Assembly: GCA_028712175.1 (NCBI GenBank)
Contig: JAQTQQ010000004.1
Coordinates: 2,180-66,179 of the forward strand
Length of the DNA: 64,000 bases
Reading direction: 5' to 3'
Source: Candidatus Omnitrophota bacterium
Lineage (GTDB): Bacteria > Omnitrophota > Gorgyraeia > Gygaellales > Profunditerraquicolaceae
Translations under genes and position numbers: made by a program
Shown: piece after piece, positions 18,754 through 28,473 of the stretch
Layout: each line of letters begins with the position of its first letter
How positions within the stretch are numbered: the stretch's first letter is position 1
The notes under the pieces: model-generated
The model's database searches: none
Seen by the model: the letters and a program-made list of their open reading frames with translations, nothing else
What the model was told of the DNA's origin: nothing

Positions 18754-20434
18754 AAAATATATCTTTGGCCTCAAGGATTATTGATTCTTCCCTGCGCCAG
18801 CTGTCTATTTTTGGCGTATAAATAAGATCAAAAAATTCTGCCTGCAGCAGGCTCTCTCTTAAACCACTCATACCAAAAGCAATAACCTGCCAAGTAGTAG
18901 CTCCATCGGTTGCCCAAAACTTTAGTGTCCCGCGATTTAAAAGCTGTATTTCTCCTTTTAGCTTTAAAGAACGCGTATAAAATAAAGGTTCGGGATTTTC
19001 CATGCCAAACGGTTCTAAAAGCTCTAATTCTTTAACCAAACCTTCATTTAATTCGGCAAAACTAATTTCCAAATCAATATCCTTACTGGGGAGCAAATCC
19101 TCCAAAGTTAATCTGTCGCTGGCCAGCCTGTTGATACTCTTCCTAAAATCATCAATATTATCTTTGGTAATTAATAAACCTGCGGCATGAGCGTGGCCTC
19201 CAAAACTGTTTAAGAGCTCCTTACAATCGAGAAGTGCATTAAAAAGATGGAAATTCTTAATTGAACGCGCCGAACCCTTGCATAACTCTTCACTTAAAGA
19301 GATCACTATTGCCGGACGGTAAAATCTGTCGGCAAGTTTAGAGGCAACAATGCCTAAAACACCCTGATGCCAATCTTCTTTGGCAATTACAATTACTTTA
19401 TGGTCTTTAAAATTAACCTGTGCGTTAATCAATTGTTCCGCTTCTTCTAAAATCTTGCCTTCGATCTTCTGGCGCTGGCGATTTAGCTGTTCTAATTCTC
19501 TGGATAAATTTTGCGCCTCTGCCTCACTCCGGCTCATCAATAATTTTAATGACACCTCAGCGCTAGAGATCCTGCCGGCTGCATTCAAGCGGGGGGCAAT
19601 AATAAAACTTACATAAGTAGAATTAAACTTCTTATTTTCAATGCCTGCATTTTCAATTATAGCGCGCAGACCCCATCTTTTGGTTTCCGGCAGCCTCAAC
19701 AAACCTTCTTTGGCGATAATCCGGTTTTCACCGGTTAAAGGCACACTATCTGCGATTGTACCTAAAGTTACCAAATCCAGATCATCGGGCAACAAAGAAC
19801 CTGACAGGCCTTGAGCAAATTTATAAGCCACCCCCACCCCGGCTAACTCCCTGTAAGGATAAGTTGAATGTTTTACTTTTGGATTAATAATACAGGATGC
19901 CCCTGGCAAATTTGAATTCTGCGGCTCATGATGATCCGTAATAATCACGTCAATATTTGCCCGTCTTAAAGCCTCTATCTCTTTATGGTTGGTTATACCG
20001 CAGTCAGCAGTAACCATAAGCTTAACATGGTTTTTCACAGCAAAATCAACAATATCTTGATTTAACCCGTAACCTTCGGTAATCCTATGGGGGATATGGT
20101 GTAGAACAACTAAACCTATCGCCTCAAGCCTATTTTTAAGCAAAACTGTACTAGTAATCCCATCCACATCATAGTCTCCAAAAACCATTACTTTTTCATT
20201 ATTAGCCTCTGCCTTTTTAACCAAGCTGATTGCCTTAGGCATATCCGTGAATAGGTGCGGGCTAAATAAATCTGCGATTGAAGGTTTTAGAAACTTTTCT
20301 GCTTGAGCTGCGGTAATTATCTTGCGGTTAATCAAGATCTGGGCCAGTATTTTTGAAATACCTAATTCTTTTGCAAATTGATTCTGCAGGGAAACATGCG
20401 GGGCGGCTATTCGTAAGATTGTGTGACTGGACAT
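18746..20434 (-). CDS. recJ: Single-stranded-DNA-specific exonuclease RecJ
   Basis: 562 aa with DHH motifs (DYDVDGITS, ITDHHEP) and a DHHA1 domain. Confidence 0.9.
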   Translation of the reverse strand: MSSHTILRIAAPHVSLQNQFAKELGISKILAQILINRKIITAAQAEKFLKPSIADLFSPHLFTDMPKAISLVKKAEANNEKVMVFGDYDVDGITSTVLLKNRLEAIGLVVLHHIPHRITEGYGLNQDIVDFAVKNHVKLMVTADCGITNHKEIEALRRANIDVIITDHHEPQNSNLPGASCIINPKVKHSTYPYRELAGVGVAYKFAQGLSGSLLPDDLDLVTLGTIADSVPLTGENRIIAKEGLLRLPETKRWGLRAIIENAGIENKKFNSTYVSFIIAPRLNAAGRISSAEVSLKLLMSRSEAEAQNLSRELEQLNRQRQKIEGKILEEAEQLINAQVNFKDHKVIVIAKEDWHQGVLGIVASKLADRFYRPAIVISLSEELCKGSARSIKNFHLFNALLDCKELLNSFGGHAHAAGLLITKDNIDDFRKSINRLASDRLTLEDLLPSKDIDLEISFAELNEGLVKELELLEPFGMENPEPLFYTRSLKLKGEIQLLNRGTLKFWATDGATTWQVIAFGMSGLRESLLQAEFFDLIYTPKIDSWRREESIILEAKDIFFK

Positions 20435-22075
20435 TTACATCTTCTCAGGTTGGGCTATCCCTAACAACTCTAATCCGCAGGATAAAACAATTTTTGTACC
20501 TGTAATCAAGGCAACCCGGGCGCAAGTTAAAACATCACTCTGACCCAAAACACGGTGCAGATCATAAAACTTATGGAAACTTTCTGAAAGTTCCTGTAGA
20601 TATACCGTAAGCATGTAGGGATCGCAAGTAACCAAGCAAATATTAAGGACTGCCTCAAATTCAAGCATTTTCTTAATAAGGCCCAGCTCTTCTTTTTCTT
20701 TAAGCACAGAAAGGTCTAAACCTTCCATGCCTGCGGCAGGCGGACTGCTGCGTAATATACTGCAAATACGCGCATGCGCATACTGCACATAATATACGGG
20801 ATTTTCGGCACTCTGTTTTTTGGCTACTTCAAGGTCAAAATCCAAGTGGCTTGAAGTGCGGCGCATCAAAAAGAAAAACCTTGCGGCATCTTTTCCCACC
20901 TCATCTAAAACTTCCCGTAAAGTTATATACTGGCCGCGCCGGGTAGACATTTGCACTTCTTGGCCGTAGCGAAAAATAGTAGCTAATTGGACAATAACTA
21001 CGGACAAATCATCCTTATTATGCCCAAATGCCTCAATCGAAGCTTTAATACGGTTAATATACCCATGATGATCCGGGCCCCAAAGATTAATCAGCCAGCT
21101 GTAACCACGATCAAACTTGTCCTGATGATAAGCAATATCCGGAGCCAGGTATGTCTGACTTCCATCGCTCTTAATAATCACCCGGTCTTTATCGTCGCCA
21201 AATACGGTTGATTTAAACCAAAGCGCCCCATCCTGTTCATATAAGAATTCTTTTTGCTTTAATTGCTCAAATGCTTTCTCAACCTTGCCACTTTTAGCCA
21301 GCGCTTTTTGTGAATACCAACAATCAAATTTAACCCCAAAATCATCCAGCTCCTGTTTAATAATTTTAAGGATGTACCCGGAAGCAAAATCACCCAAATC
21401 TTCTTCTTTGATTCCCTTAGCTTGCGCTTCCTGGGCAATGTCTTTGATATAATCGCCCTGATAATAGTTCTCAGGAAACTCTGTCGTTTCACCTTGTAAT
21501 TCTTTAAGCCTAAGCTGGACTGACTTACCTAAAATATTTATCTGGTTACCCTCATCGTTTAAATAATATTCGCGCGAAACCTGAAAATTTAGAAAATCCA
21601 AGATACTGGCAAGACAATCACCAACCGCTGCCTGACGGGCATGGGCAACCGACAAAGAACCGGTAGGGTTAGCGCTGACAAATTCAATTAGAACCTTCCT
21701 GGTACCTCCTAAATCCGCCTTTAATGCCTCTTTGCCTACTGCAATTATCTTACGCAGTTTCTCATAAAAATAATCCTCTTTAAGATAAAAATTTATAAAA
21801 CCTGCCCCCTCTACTTTTACTTTAGTAACCAATTCTTTTAATCCTGTCTTAGCTATTTCCTTCTGGATAAACTCAACTAACCGGCTAGCAATGACCCTAG
21901 GCTGCTGTTTTAACTCTTTACTTAATTTTAAGGCAATATTAGTGGTAAAATCACCAAAACGCTTATCCGTAGGAAGATCCATTAAAATCGCTTCTTGGCC
22001 ATCCTTAAGGTAGCCTAAGTGCCTAAGAGCTGCGCCCACTAAATCAATAAGCTCTTTTGTAATATCGTTCGTCAT
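20435..22075 (-). CDS. argS: Arginyl-tRNA synthetase
   Basis: 546 aa with a class I ArgRS catalytic core and a DALR anticodon-binding domain. Confidence 0.92.
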   Translation of the reverse strand: MTNDITKELIDLVGAALRHLGYLKDGQEAILMDLPTDKRFGDFTTNIALKLSKELKQQPRVIASRLVEFIQKEIAKTGLKELVTKVKVEGAGFINFYLKEDYFYEKLRKIIAVGKEALKADLGGTRKVLIEFVSANPTGSLSVAHARQAAVGDCLASILDFLNFQVSREYYLNDEGNQINILGKSVQLRLKELQGETTEFPENYYQGDYIKDIAQEAQAKGIKEEDLGDFASGYILKIIKQELDDFGVKFDCWYSQKALAKSGKVEKAFEQLKQKEFLYEQDGALWFKSTVFGDDKDRVIIKSDGSQTYLAPDIAYHQDKFDRGYSWLINLWGPDHHGYINRIKASIEAFGHNKDDLSVVIVQLATIFRYGQEVQMSTRRGQYITLREVLDEVGKDAARFFFLMRRTSSHLDFDLEVAKKQSAENPVYYVQYAHARICSILRSSPPAAGMEGLDLSVLKEKEELGLIKKMLEFEAVLNICLVTCDPYMLTVYLQELSESFHKFYDLHRVLGQSDVLTCARVALITGTKIVLSCGLELLGIAQPEKM

Positions 22076-22114
22076 TTTAAAGTTTTAAGAAACGGTTGGT
22101 GCAGATTGGGTAAG

Positions 22115-22471
22115 CTATTTTTTAGGAGTTCCCACTCTTACTCTTTTAGCATCGGACCAGAGCCCCTCTAAAGAATAAAACTCTCTCACAGGTTTATAAA
22201 ACGAATGGGCTATCACAGAAACATAATCAAGGGCTATCCACCCTGATTCGTCGTTCGGAGAAACCTTAGAGAGAGATTTTATTTTTTTTATTTCAAGGTC
22301 ATCCTTGATCGCCTGAGCTATCGCAGTAGCCTGCCTTAAAGAATTACCGCTTGCAATAACAAAATAATCGCAAAACCCGGCAACCTTGGAAACATCGAGA
22401 ATAACAACCTGCTCGGCTTTTTTAGACTTAGCAACCCAAGCAATGCGTTGCGCTAAAGTTTTCGAGTCTAT
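22115..22471 (-). CDS. rsfS: Ribosomal silencing factor RsfS (Iojap family). Has no ATG/GTG/TTG start, so an AUA start is proposed.
   Basis: The reverse translation reads IDSKTLAQRIAWVAKSKKAEQVVILDV...SGWIALDY...SLEGLW, a full-length RsfS with no Met anywhere. AGGAG sits 6 nt upstream of ATA, and an in-frame stop lies immediately upstream. Confidence 0.7.
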   Translation of the reverse strand: MDSKTLAQRIAWVAKSKKAEQVVILDVSKVAGFCDYFVIASGNSLRQATAIAQAIKDDLEIKKIKSLSKVSPNDESGWIALDYVSVIAHSFYKPVREFYSLEGLWSDAKRVRVGTPKK

Positions 22472-22498
22472 TTTCTACTCCTATCTAAAGAAGACCGT

Positions 22499-22648
22499 TT
22501 ATTTCTTTCCTAAGATCTTATACATTCCGGTTCCGCATTCCGGACACTTGCCTTTCATTGCCGCGCGGCCATTTTTCATAGTAACTTTCTGTTCATCCTT
22601 CATAGATTTCTTACCTTTACATTTTACGCAATATCCTGTTTCTGCCAT
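22499..22648 (-). CDS. 49-aa zinc-ribbon microprotein (CxxC...CxxC), conserved-hypothetical type
   Basis: MAETGYCVKCKGKKSMKDEQKVTMKNGRAAMKGKCPECGTGMYKILGKK. GGAGG lies 6 nt upstream of the ATG. It is missing from the ORF track because it is under 60 aa. Confidence 0.6.
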   Translation of the reverse strand: MAETGYCVKCKGKKSMKDEQKVTMKNGRAAMKGKCPECGTGMYKILGKK

Positions 22649-22723
22649 TTGATTCCTCCTTTTTATACCACAAGATCGTTCTGATTATAAATAATTTTAA
22701 CACAGGTTAATTTCGATGTCAAT

Positions 22724-23728
22724 TTATTTGCTCATGCATTTTCTCGCAGAGTATTTTTCTTCTATCTCCCCGACAATTTCTTCAATCAGGTCCTCCAGTG
22801 TCACCAGGCCCAAGGCCTTTCTGTCTCTGTCTACGACAATAGCTATCTGCATTTTCTCCGCCTGGAATCTTTTTAGAAGGTCATTTACCCGCGTTGAGCT
22901 AGAAACAAAACAGGCATCATGAAGAAGGTCCTGCAACAAAAACAGGCTTTTTTCGCGTAATATGTAAAGCAGGTCCTGGGCATAGACTATCCCTACAATA
23001 TTATCCTTATTGCCCTTATAAACCGGAAGACGGGCATGGCCCTCCTCAACAAATATATTTAAAAGATTATCCGAATTAGTATTTATATCAACGGCAACGA
23101 TCTTTTCCTTAGGCACCATTATCTCCAATAGCTGGGTATCGCCAAATTCAAAGATGCGGTGGAGCATCATGCGCTGGTCCTCGCTTAAAAACCCCTCCTG
23201 CTGGCCAAGCTCAATCATTATTTTTAATTCTTCTTCTGTAATTAAGGGCGACTTCTTAGAAACGCTTAAACCAAAAATTCTTAAAATAAAATTGCTAATC
23301 CCGATAAGAAATATATTCAAAGGTTTAAAAATCACAAGGGCCAACCGCATCAGCGGAGCGGTAATAAGGACCATCTTTTCCGTATGCTTAGAGGCGAGTA
23401 TCTTGGGGGTTATTTCGCAGAAAATAAGCAAAACCATTGTAATTACAAACGTAGAGATAATAACCCCCCATTTATAACCGTAAATCTGGACGAAAATACC
23501 GGTTACAATCGATGAGATGGCTATATTCGTAAGATTGTTTCCGATCAATATGGCAGCGATTACTTTATCCAGCTTAGTTACCAATCGCTGTACGCCGTGG
23601 GCGCCCTTGACCCCTTTTTGCAGCATATGGTGCAACCGAACCTTGCTCAAACCGATTATCGATGTCTCTGAGGCTGAGAAAAGGAAAGACAAGACCAGAA
23701 GAATCAGTAAAATCAACAATAATAACAT
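22724..23728 (-). CDS. DUF21-CBS pair membrane protein (CNNM/TlyC/CorC hemolysin-like family)
   Basis: An N-terminal 4-TM DUF21 domain followed by a tandem CBS pair. Confidence 0.75.
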   Translation of the reverse strand: MLLLLILLILLVLSFLFSASETSIIGLSKVRLHHMLQKGVKGAHGVQRLVTKLDKVIAAILIGNNLTNIAISSIVTGIFVQIYGYKWGVIISTFVITMVLLIFCEITPKILASKHTEKMVLITAPLMRLALVIFKPLNIFLIGISNFILRIFGLSVSKKSPLITEEELKIMIELGQQEGFLSEDQRMMLHRIFEFGDTQLLEIMVPKEKIVAVDINTNSDNLLNIFVEEGHARLPVYKGNKDNIVGIVYAQDLLYILREKSLFLLQDLLHDACFVSSSTRVNDLLKRFQAEKMQIAIVVDRDRKALGLVTLEDLIEEIVGEIEEKYSARKCMSK

Positions 23729-23730
23729 TT

Positions 23731-24999
23731 TTATCCTAAATTAAGTTTCTCATAGATACTTCCTTCAAGCTTACCAAGCGGGCCGATTAAAGCCAGATTA
23801 ATCGCTTTATTATTAAATAATCCGGCGGCAACCTGACGTATATCCTCCAAACTTACCTTGTTAACTTCTTTAATAACCTGCTGAAGAGTATATACTTTAT
23901 CTAAGCAGGCAACGCTCTCGCCCATCCAAAGCATATACTCCATGGTATCCTCTAAAGCTAAAGCCAGTTGGCCCAGATAAAATTCTTTTGCGCGCCTGAA
24001 TTCATCAATGGGCAGGAGAGCTTTTTTAGTCTTACCCAATTCCCTAAATATCAAACTTAAAGCATCTTCTACTTTAGAATTATCGATCCCCGCGTGCACA
24101 AGAAAAGCCCCGGTATCGGTAAAACGCTTAAGAGCGGAACCAATCTCATAAGCTAAGCCTCTTTTCTCCCTGACTTCATTAAAAAGCCTGCTGGACATAT
24201 TTGCGCCCAAGATTATATGCAATATTGACTGCGCATGCCTTAAAGGGTGATCCCGCTTTAAGGCATGAAAACCCAAAGCCATATGCGTCTGTTCGGTTTC
24301 CTTATGGAAGATTTTTAACTGCGGCCTATCTTGGTTTTCCCTTACCGGGGTAAATTCATTAAATTTAGCTTCTTTCTGTAATGAAAAAATGGAGGAAGCA
24401 TTTTTAACCAAGAGATCATGGTCAACCAAGCCTGCTGCGCTAATTACGATATTAGGGGCGGTGTAATGCCTGGACTGGTAATTTTTCAAACTTTGGCGGT
24501 TAATCTTCGTTACCGAATCAACCGTGCCGATTATCGGAGCACCCAGGGCCTGTTTTGGCCAAAGCAGTTCATCCAGCAGCTCATAAACATAGCTCTGCGG
24601 GAGATCTCTATACATCTTAAGCTCTTCTAAGATAACCGTTCTTTCTTTATCAATATCCGCCTGCTTGAGACATGGATACGCTACTATATCGGACAAAATA
24701 TCCAAAGAAGATGCTAAATACCGTTTGGGGATTTTAACCAGGTAACAGGTCAGTTCTTCGGAAGTAAAACCATTTAATGAGCCTCCGACCCCTTCAATTA
24801 ATTCCTTTATAGCACGGCAGGAATATTTCGCACTGCCCTTAAAAAGAAGATGCTCTAAAAAATGCGAGATCCCCTTCTGGTCAGCTGTTTCGTAACGTCC
24901 GCCAATCTTAATCCATATCCCCAAAGATGCTGATTGCACGCCGCTATTACGTTTTGAAACTATTCTTAAGCCGTTACTTAATTTGGTCTTTTTATACAT
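23731..24999 (-). CDS. M16-family zinc peptidase (pitrilysin-like)
   Basis: Inverted zincin motif HxxEH (SHFLEHLLFKGS). The start was set at the internal ATG (MYKKTKL), which has an AGGAG SD, and it overlaps the trpA stop by 8 nt. Confidence 0.8.
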   Translation of the reverse strand: MYKKTKLSNGLRIVSKRNSGVQSASLGIWIKIGGRYETADQKGISHFLEHLLFKGSAKYSCRAIKELIEGVGGSLNGFTSEELTCYLVKIPKRYLASSLDILSDIVAYPCLKQADIDKERTVILEELKMYRDLPQSYVYELLDELLWPKQALGAPIIGTVDSVTKINRQSLKNYQSRHYTAPNIVISAAGLVDHDLLVKNASSIFSLQKEAKFNEFTPVRENQDRPQLKIFHKETEQTHMALGFHALKRDHPLRHAQSILHIILGANMSSRLFNEVREKRGLAYEIGSALKRFTDTGAFLVHAGIDNSKVEDALSLIFRELGKTKKALLPIDEFRRAKEFYLGQLALALEDTMEYMLWMGESVACLDKVYTLQQVIKEVNKVSLEDIRQVAAGLFNNKAINLALIGPLGKLEGSIYEKLNLG

Positions 25000-25777
25000 T
25001 AAGGCTCCTGACAAACTTAGCCACCCTTTCAACCATACTGCGGCTGCCGAGATTCTTCCTAATTTTATCAACAATTGCACTGCCGATAATTACTCCGTCT
25101 GAAAATTTAGAGGCCTCTTGAGCCTGTTGCGCTCCAGAAATACCAAAACCAACACAAACAGGCAAAGAGGTAAACTTTTTAATCTTAGCAAGGTTGGTTT
25201 TTAAATCAGCGCTTAGATTATTACGCTTACCGGTTACCCCGGTTAATGAAACATAGTAAATAAAACCTTTTGCTTTTTTTGATATTGCTTTAATCCGCTC
25301 GCCTGAGCTAGTCGGCGCAATAAAACAAATGTTAATAAGCCCTGATTTATCCGCATAACGGATAAACTCCCTTGCCTCTTCCGGCGGCAAGTCCGGAACA
25401 ATAATCCCGTCAACTCCTGAAATTACAGCTTGATCAACAAATTCTTTCTCTCCAAAACGAAAAATAGGATTATAATAAGTCATCAGGCATATCGGGATAC
25501 CGGTACTCTTACGCAATTTCTTTACTAAATTTAGGATCTTCTGCAGATTAACCCCTTTTTTAAGGGAATATGCCGAGGCTTCCTGAATAACCGGGCCATC
25601 AGCTAATGGATCAGAAAAAGGCACGCCTAATTCAATTATATCTACCCCGCTCTTTTCAAAGCTTAAGACAAGCCTGGCTGTCGCAGGTAAATCCGGAAAA
25701 CCCGCGGTTATAAAAGCTATAAGGGCTTTTTTATTCCGTTTCTTCAATAGTACAAATTTTTCCTTAATACGATTCAT
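24992..25777 (-). CDS. trpA: Tryptophan synthase alpha chain
   Basis: 261 aa TrpA TIM barrel. Confidence 0.9.
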   Translation of the reverse strand: MNRIKEKFVLLKKRNKKALIAFITAGFPDLPATARLVLSFEKSGVDIIELGVPFSDPLADGPVIQEASAYSLKKGVNLQKILNLVKKLRKSTGIPICLMTYYNPIFRFGEKEFVDQAVISGVDGIIVPDLPPEEAREFIRYADKSGLINICFIAPTSSGERIKAISKKAKGFIYYVSLTGVTGKRNNLSADLKTNLAKIKKFTSLPVCVGFGISGAQQAQEASKFSDGVIIGSAIVDKIRKNLGSRSMVERVAKFVRSLNV

Positions 25778-26936
25778 GTAAATCCTTATCCCCTCTTCCG
25801 GAAAGACAAACTATAACTACCGCTTTCTTAAAATATTTAGCTGACTTTTTTAAATAAGCAATGGCATGTGCGGATTCTAATGCAGGAATAATTCCTTCAA
25901 CTTGTGATAACAGCCTAAACCCATCCATAGCCTCTTTATCGGTAATTGCCACATAATCAGCCCTTTTTATTTCTTTGTAATAAGCATGCTCCGGTCCCAC
26001 CCCCGGATAATCAAGGCCCGCGGCAACTGAATGGGCATTTTTGATCTGGCCGAATTTATCCTCCAAAATCTTTGATTTAGAACCATGCAGTACCCCGACC
26101 GAACCTGCCTCAAGGCTTGCCGAATGTTTCCCGCTTGATAACCCCAAGCCTGCGGCTTCAACTCCGATCATCTTTACCGTTGAATCATTAAAAAAAGGAT
26201 GGAATAAACCTATGGCATTGCTTCCGCCTCCGACACAAGCCACTAAATAATCAGGAAGACGGTTTTCCTTATTTAAAATCTGCCCCCTTGCCTCGCGGCC
26301 AATCACAGATTGAAAATTACGCACCATCTCAGGATAAGGATGCGGCCCGGCCACCGTTCCGATAACATAATAAGTGCTGCGCACGTTAGTAACCCAATCA
26401 CGCAAAGCTTCGGTCATCGCATCTTTTAGAGTCTGCGTTCCGCTTTTTACGCTGATGACTCTTGCGCCCAATAACCTCATGCGCATAACATTCAAGGCCT
26501 GGCGGCCAATATCTTCCTGGCCCATATATATGTCACATTTTAAACCGAATAAAGCTGCAACAGTTGCAGTAGCAACTCCATGCTGGCCTGCCCCAGTTTC
26601 CGCAATTAACCTTTTTTTGCCCATTTTAACCGCCAAAAGCACCTGACCTAAGGTATTATTGATTTTATGAGAACCGGTATGCAGCAAGTCTTCCCGTTTT
26701 AAATAAATCTTCATTATCCCTAAATGGCGGCTTAAGTTTTTAGCCAGATATAATGCCGTAGGCCTGCCTGCGTATTCACGCAACAAAAAGGAAAACTCTT
26801 TAGCAAACTCCTTGTTCTCTTTTGCCTCTAAATATTCTTTTTCCAATTCATCAAGGGCATAAATTAACGTCTCGGGGACGAACCTGCCGCCAAATTCCCC
26901 AAAATGCCCTGTTCTATCCGGCACCCTGTTATTCAT
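25764..26936 (-). CDS. trpB: Tryptophan synthase beta chain
   Basis: 390 aa PLP enzyme with the HTGSHKINN motif. Confidence 0.95.
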   Translation of the reverse strand: MNNRVPDRTGHFGEFGGRFVPETLIYALDELEKEYLEAKENKEFAKEFSFLLREYAGRPTALYLAKNLSRHLGIMKIYLKREDLLHTGSHKINNTLGQVLLAVKMGKKRLIAETGAGQHGVATATVAALFGLKCDIYMGQEDIGRQALNVMRMRLLGARVISVKSGTQTLKDAMTEALRDWVTNVRSTYYVIGTVAGPHPYPEMVRNFQSVIGREARGQILNKENRLPDYLVACVGGGSNAIGLFHPFFNDSTVKMIGVEAAGLGLSSGKHSASLEAGSVGVLHGSKSKILEDKFGQIKNAHSVAAGLDYPGVGPEHAYYKEIKRADYVAITDKEAMDGFRLLSQVEGIIPALESAHAIAYLKKSAKYFKKAVVIVCLSGRGDKDLHESY

Positions 26937-27547
26937 CTAGAAACCTCTTTCATGAATTCCTTTATTTTTTTATGATTTTTTTTACCGGGCTCATCTTCCA
27001 AACTGCTTGATACATCTACCCAGCCGGGTTTTAATAATTTGACTGCCCTTGCTACATTAGAAGAAGTTAAACCTCCCGATAAAAACATAATAGGAGTTAT
27101 TTTACCTAGATACGCAAGCATTTTCCAGTTAAATCTTTTCCCCGTACCGCCTAATTGATTATTCGAGAAGCTATCAAATAAATAGGCAAAGGTATTATAC
27201 TTGGATACCCCGTGGAGATCTTCTTTTCTGCTTATTCTAAAAGCCTTAATTACCTTATATCCTTTAAATTTGCGGCAATATGCTGGGGACTCCTGGCCGT
27301 GAAACTGCAGCATATCTAAATTACACTGGCTGGCAATTTTTTTTACTCTCGAAACGGGTTCATCAGCAAAAACTCCTACCCGCTTGATTTTCTTCGGTAA
27401 AATCAGGGATATCTTTCTTGCCGCGCTCGGGCTTATATAGCGCGGGCTTTTTTTATAAAAAACAAATCCTAATGCATCTGCGCCTTCAAAATAACATACA
27501 AGGGCATCTTCTAAATTAGTTACTCCGCATATTTTAACTTTTATCAT
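26933..27547 (-). CDS. trpF: Phosphoribosylanthranilate isomerase
   Basis: 204 aa beginning [10 protein letters not shown]. Confidence 0.85.
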   Translation of the reverse strand: MIKVKICGVTNLEDALVCYFEGADALGFVFYKKSPRYISPSAARKISLILPKKIKRVGVFADEPVSRVKKIASQCNLDMLQFHGQESPAYCRKFKGYKVIKAFRISRKEDLHGVSKYNTFAYLFDSFSNNQLGGTGKRFNWKMLAYLGKITPIMFLSGGLTSSNVARAVKLLKPGWVDVSSSLEDEPGKKNHKKIKEFMKEVSR

Positions 27548-27550
27548 CTT

Positions 27551-27680
27551 TGGCCAAAGGTCGAAAGACTAAAGTCTAAAAATTCATCTCTAGCCTAGGC
27601 TTTGTGCGCCCTTTTAGGCTTGCAACTTTAGTCTTTAAATTATACATGGTTTTCTACGATTCACGAACTAAGAACTAATT
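27551..27680. repeat. Modular intergenic palindromic repeat, copy D (long imperfect hairpin plus CGAACTA heptads abutting the trpC stop)
   Basis: Contains ggtcgaaagactaaagtc. The 11-bp inverted repeat aagactaaagt (27565-27575) / actttagtctt (27625-27635) flanks the ctagcctagg palindrome. The heptads cgattca/cgaacta/agaacta end exactly at the trpC stop codon. Confidence 0.65.
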
Positions 27681-28467
27681 ACCACCCCATAACCTGGCTT
27701 ACTTTACTTTTTATATCGTCAGACTGCATAAAAACCGTCCCGATCAAAACCGCGCTTGCCCCAAGAATCTTTAAGAATAAAACATCCTGAGAATTTTTAA
27801 TCCCGCTTTCTACAACCACTATTTTATCTTTAGGGATTAATGTAAATAATTTTTCGGTAGTCTTGAAATCAACCTCCAGTGTTTTTAAATTACGGTTATT
27901 TATCCCGATCACGGGGATTTTCAGGCTAAGTGCCTTCTTTAATTCTTTTTCATCGTGCACCTCAACCAGATAATCAAGGCCCAAACTATCGGCAATCTGC
28001 ATAAATTCCGCTAACTTTTCTTTGGTTAGGAGGCCGGCAATTAATAAAATTGCATCAGCGCCTAAGTAACGCGACTCATAAACCTGGTAGCTCTCTAAAA
28101 TAAAATCTTTCCTTAATACCGGTCCGCTAAATACATTTTTTACCTCACTTAGATAAGCGGGATTACCTGCGAAGAAATCTTCTTCGGTTAGCACAGAAAC
28201 TGCCTGAGCGCCAGCTTCCTGATAGGCCATGGCGACTTCTCTTAAATTTAAATTCTGGCGGATCACTCCCGCTGAAGGCGAAGACTGCTTAATTTCAGCA
28301 ATCAGAGCGATTTGACGCGGCTTACCGATTATTTCCCTAAACGGGCGCGTTGGCGGCAGATCTTTTAATTTCGCTTTCAGGCCATCCTCGTTTAGCTGCT
28401 GTTTGGCTAAAATAATTCTTTCCTTCTTTTTTGCGACAATCTTCTTTAAAATATCGGTTTTTACCAT
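27679..28467 (-). CDS. trpC: Indole-3-glycerol phosphate synthase
   Basis: 262 aa IGPS. Confidence 0.9.
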   Translation of the reverse strand: MVKTDILKKIVAKKKERIILAKQQLNEDGLKAKLKDLPPTRPFREIIGKPRQIALIAEIKQSSPSAGVIRQNLNLREVAMAYQEAGAQAVSVLTEEDFFAGNPAYLSEVKNVFSGPVLRKDFILESYQVYESRYLGADAILLIAGLLTKEKLAEFMQIADSLGLDYLVEVHDEKELKKALSLKIPVIGINNRNLKTLEVDFKTTEKLFTLIPKDKIVVVESGIKNSQDVLFLKILGASAVLIGTVFMQSDDIKSKVSQVMGW

Positions 28468-28473
28468 TTTTTC

